DNA of 63,924 bases, counting the filler, from Eremomyces bilateralis CBS 781.70 (Eukaryota), in assembly GCA_010015585.1 (NCBI GenBank). It is 7 parts of 7 records of this genome, joined end to end, with 100 filler letters (N's around TTAATTAATTAA, not from the genome) between each part and the next. Parts side by side here need not be neighbours in the genome. Positions count along the whole stretch, not along the records: positions 61,206 to 62,779 come from ML975201.1; positions 62,880 to 63,924 come from ML975243.1; 5 more parts are not named here. One strand, given 5' to 3'. The position numbers were made by a program, and so were the translations under genes. Each line of letters starts with the position of its first letter. The stretch's first letter is position 1. The notes under the pieces were generated by a model. The model worked only from the letters and a program-made list of their open reading frames with translations, had not been told where the DNA came from and ran no database searches. This document shows, one piece after another, positions 61,320 to 63,924 of this stretch.

Positions 61320-62016
61320 TAGTAGTGGTGTTTCCTAGGATCGGTCTGCATACCGGAAAGCAGCGTTGCACCGTGCCTCAATTTGACGACGGGATTTACC
61401 AAATTCGAGAGACCCTATAGGTATCCGCCTGTTTCCAATGCAACGAGCAAAACCCACCTGATGCCTCCCATGGAGACTCATTAAACAGGCTGATTTCTCC
61501 TTTGTACTGATACATCGCACAGATGATTGACTCCACCCATTTCACATATAAATTGGCATATTCCTCATGTACATAGACAACTTCCTCCTCAGAGGATTCA
61601 ATACGCCCCCCATCTGAGACGTCTTTGCTCTTCGTAGGCATTTCATATCCCCCGTGTCCGCTGTGTAATCATGGATGAGTCATTAGATGACTAATCTCAC
61701 GTATATCACTAAGTTAACTTAGGTTAGTTAACTTAGTTTCCGACAGGATTTTTGAATGAATTCGACTAGGCCAATGATAGTCCTGGTAGTCACAGATGTA
61801 ATCATCTAAGCTAGCGCGAAAAACTGAGCTATGGGTATTCTGTTTCTATATGCTTAAAATACTCAAATACCGAGTAGAACTTTGCTACATGGGATCAGTC
61901 GGCACTTGTGATGTCTGTAGTTTTATCTTTCGTTGGTATCACGAGCGGACTGAATCGCGCGTTCGATTTTGCGGATTGTGTTGTTTGCCAATTCCAAGAC
62001 CTCTGGTCTAGAAGTC

Positions 62017-62779
62017 TCAGCTAAGCAGTATCTTGCTCTTAATGAATTCCATGGCTTGCGTGCCGTATTTTCCAACATATCCTTGGTGGGTTTGCTGATC
62101 ATTTCCCTTGCAACAATACGGGTCAGGAGAATCGCAGTAAGACTGGATCTTGTCACCACCAGGGCAGCTGAAACCCTTGGGACGAGCGGCAAACTGGTAA
62201 AATTTAGCCTGAGATGCGGTGCCCGTAGATATCGGGATAACTTACGCCACCAGTTTTGCAGGTGCCGACATTGTATGGAAGACCAGAAACATTGTGTGGA
62301 TCTCCCATCAAGATCGCTGCCTTGACAGCAGCCAAGGCCGGACCGGAGAGCGGCGTTCCAGCACCTCCACACAGAGCATTGTCCATAATTTGGCCCCCCT
62401 TGAACTAGTAAGTATTCTTTTGAATCTCAAATCCGTCACAATCATGTCCTCACCTGAGAGTATCCAACTAGAATGATCTGGGTATTGGGGCACTTCTTGT
62501 TGTAATTCGTAATAGCCTTCACCACCTCCGCCGTTCCTTGGGATGCCGAACTGTCATAGCTGATACCGCCGCAGCTTGCCTGGCCACCGCATGCCGGGTA
62601 AACAATGGCTTCTGCACCTGATCCGGGGAAAGCAGACTTGATCTGGTTGACGAGAGCTCCAGCAGATCCATAGCCTTGAGAGACAGTGGTTTCACGGGCG
62701 CCAAAGGTGTAAACTTTTGGGCAGCCTTGTCGTTTACTGAGTTCCGCTCCGTTCGCGAATGTAAGACCTCCGAAGAAAA
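62017..62779 (-). CDS. Secreted acetylxylan esterase of the cutinase/CE5 family (2 introns; N-terminus in the gap)
   Basis: KRQGCPKVYTFGARETT..GYGS, YPACGGQ, CPNTQIILVGYSQ|GGQIMD, MGDP, YCDSPDPYCC, THQGY (Ser-Asp-His triad). Confidence 0.9.
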
Positions 62780-62879
62780 NNNNNNNNNNNNNNNNNNNNN
62801 NNNNNNNNNNNNNNNNNNNNNNNTTAATTAATTAANNNNNNNNNNNNNNNNNNNNNNNNNNNNNNNNNNNNNNNNNNNN

Positions 62880-63631
62880 CATTCCTTACGGAAATGCCTC
62901 AGATCCGCCAAAACGCCTCCCAATCGCGTACGATTCGACACGCTTTTCAAGAGAGGGGTCTCTGGCCATGGGATCCTGAGCAGATCTTACCCATCCTTCG
63001 GCAACAGGTTGATGAAGACGTCGAGGAGCTTCAGATATTTAATGGCTCACCGCCACCGTCAAGTATTACGGCAACACCAAGCGTATCTCCACCAAATACT
63101 ATCCGTACAGTACGCCGGAGGCAACAGAAGATCATAAATACGCCTGAGGCCCTGCTTTCTAGCCGGAAATACCAACGTCGAGTTCGCCAAGCCACGGAGT
63201 CATTGATCAAGACAGTCGAGGAGATTGAGGCGTATAAGGAGTCGGTTTCAGCCATACAGCGCCAGCAGACTAAAAAGAGTCGCCGCCAGGTTCGAACAGG
63301 ACTTAGCCAGACTGGTGCCTTATACGTTGGTGAGGCGAAACGCTATATCGACGCGCGTGGTCAGAAGGAGCGTGAGGCGGTAATCAGGAAGGCACAGCGG
63401 GACTGGCAGCAGGAAAAATCGCAGGAAACGCATCAGGCACTATCTCCTATACTTAATCAACCTGCTAGTACGGAGGATCTCGGTTTTTTTATCGATTTGC
63501 GTTCTGAATCTGGATAGATACACGATGGTAGCAAATTTGAGCTTTTGGTGTGGGTTGAGCGTTTGGTGTGGGAGCACCAACAACCGGAGGTTGTGGGGCG
63601 GTCATGGGGCACGGATAGTTAATACTGCGTA
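62880..63631 (+). mobile_element. 3' part of a pogo/Fot1-like transposon (transposase C-terminus 62880-63517 and probable right end)
   Basis: TIRHAFQERGLWPWDPEQIL, SPPNTIR and a basic coiled-coil tail; GGTGTGGG repeats and ...CTGCG|TA at about 63630. Confidence 0.68.
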
Positions 63632-63924
63632 CGAGCTGCGGCTTACACTTCTCTCTTTTCTTCCTTAGCTTTACCTTCTCTCAGATAGCCAATTGATGCT
63701 TTCGCCATCAGGCCCCTCACACGAACCCGTATTAAGACTAAGGGTCTCTCTACGCCTTACTTCTTGGTCCCCCTTCTTATTATCCTCTTTATCCTCCCTC
63801 TTTACTTCCCGTTTATTGTTATCGTTGTTAAGGGCCCAAACCACAAAGGATTTGGTAAGCTGGTAACGCTGTTGAATTGCTAAAGAGAGAAGGAGAAGAT
63901 CTCTCTCACTGCGATCTGCTATTT

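Overview
This is eukaryotic DNA from a filamentous ascomycete: it has short GT-AG introns with CTRAC branch points and RIP-like C>T damage. It is a scaffold of seven contigs joined by six artificial 100-nt N spacers containing TTAATTAATTAA. Conserved core genes are an AVT3/4-like transporter, ATG7, dCMP deaminase, AUR1, white collar-1, a Ras-like GTPase, TSR4, eIF3k and a CE5 acetylxylan esterase. They are interleaved with accessory DNA. (i) At the left end, a 5-exon DUF3435 tyrosine recombinase (Starship captain) is followed by immunity-type genes: a dynamin/Mx-like GTPase, a SIR2-like domain protein, and TPR repeats fused to tandem CCCH zinc fingers. (ii) There are NLR genes (PNP_UDP-NB-ARC-TPR and a WD40 tail). 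(iii) There are two Ty3/Gypsy retrotransposons, an AcademH-type transposon (RecQ helicase plus convergent transposase), and Tc1, piggyBac, hAT and pogo remnants. The most unusual signal is an intact, previously unannotated 5-exon, 240-aa antisense gene between pol and the polypurine tract of the chromodomain Ty3 element. It encodes an NLS, a Zn2Cys6-like Cys motif, a coiled-coil and an acidic tail, while that element's gag/pol carries five RIP-type stops. A hairpin-bearing terminal sequence ending in GCTGAGGTA occurs three times and appears to mark Academ-family ends. All calls come from reading motifs and splice sites by eye; no database searches were run.
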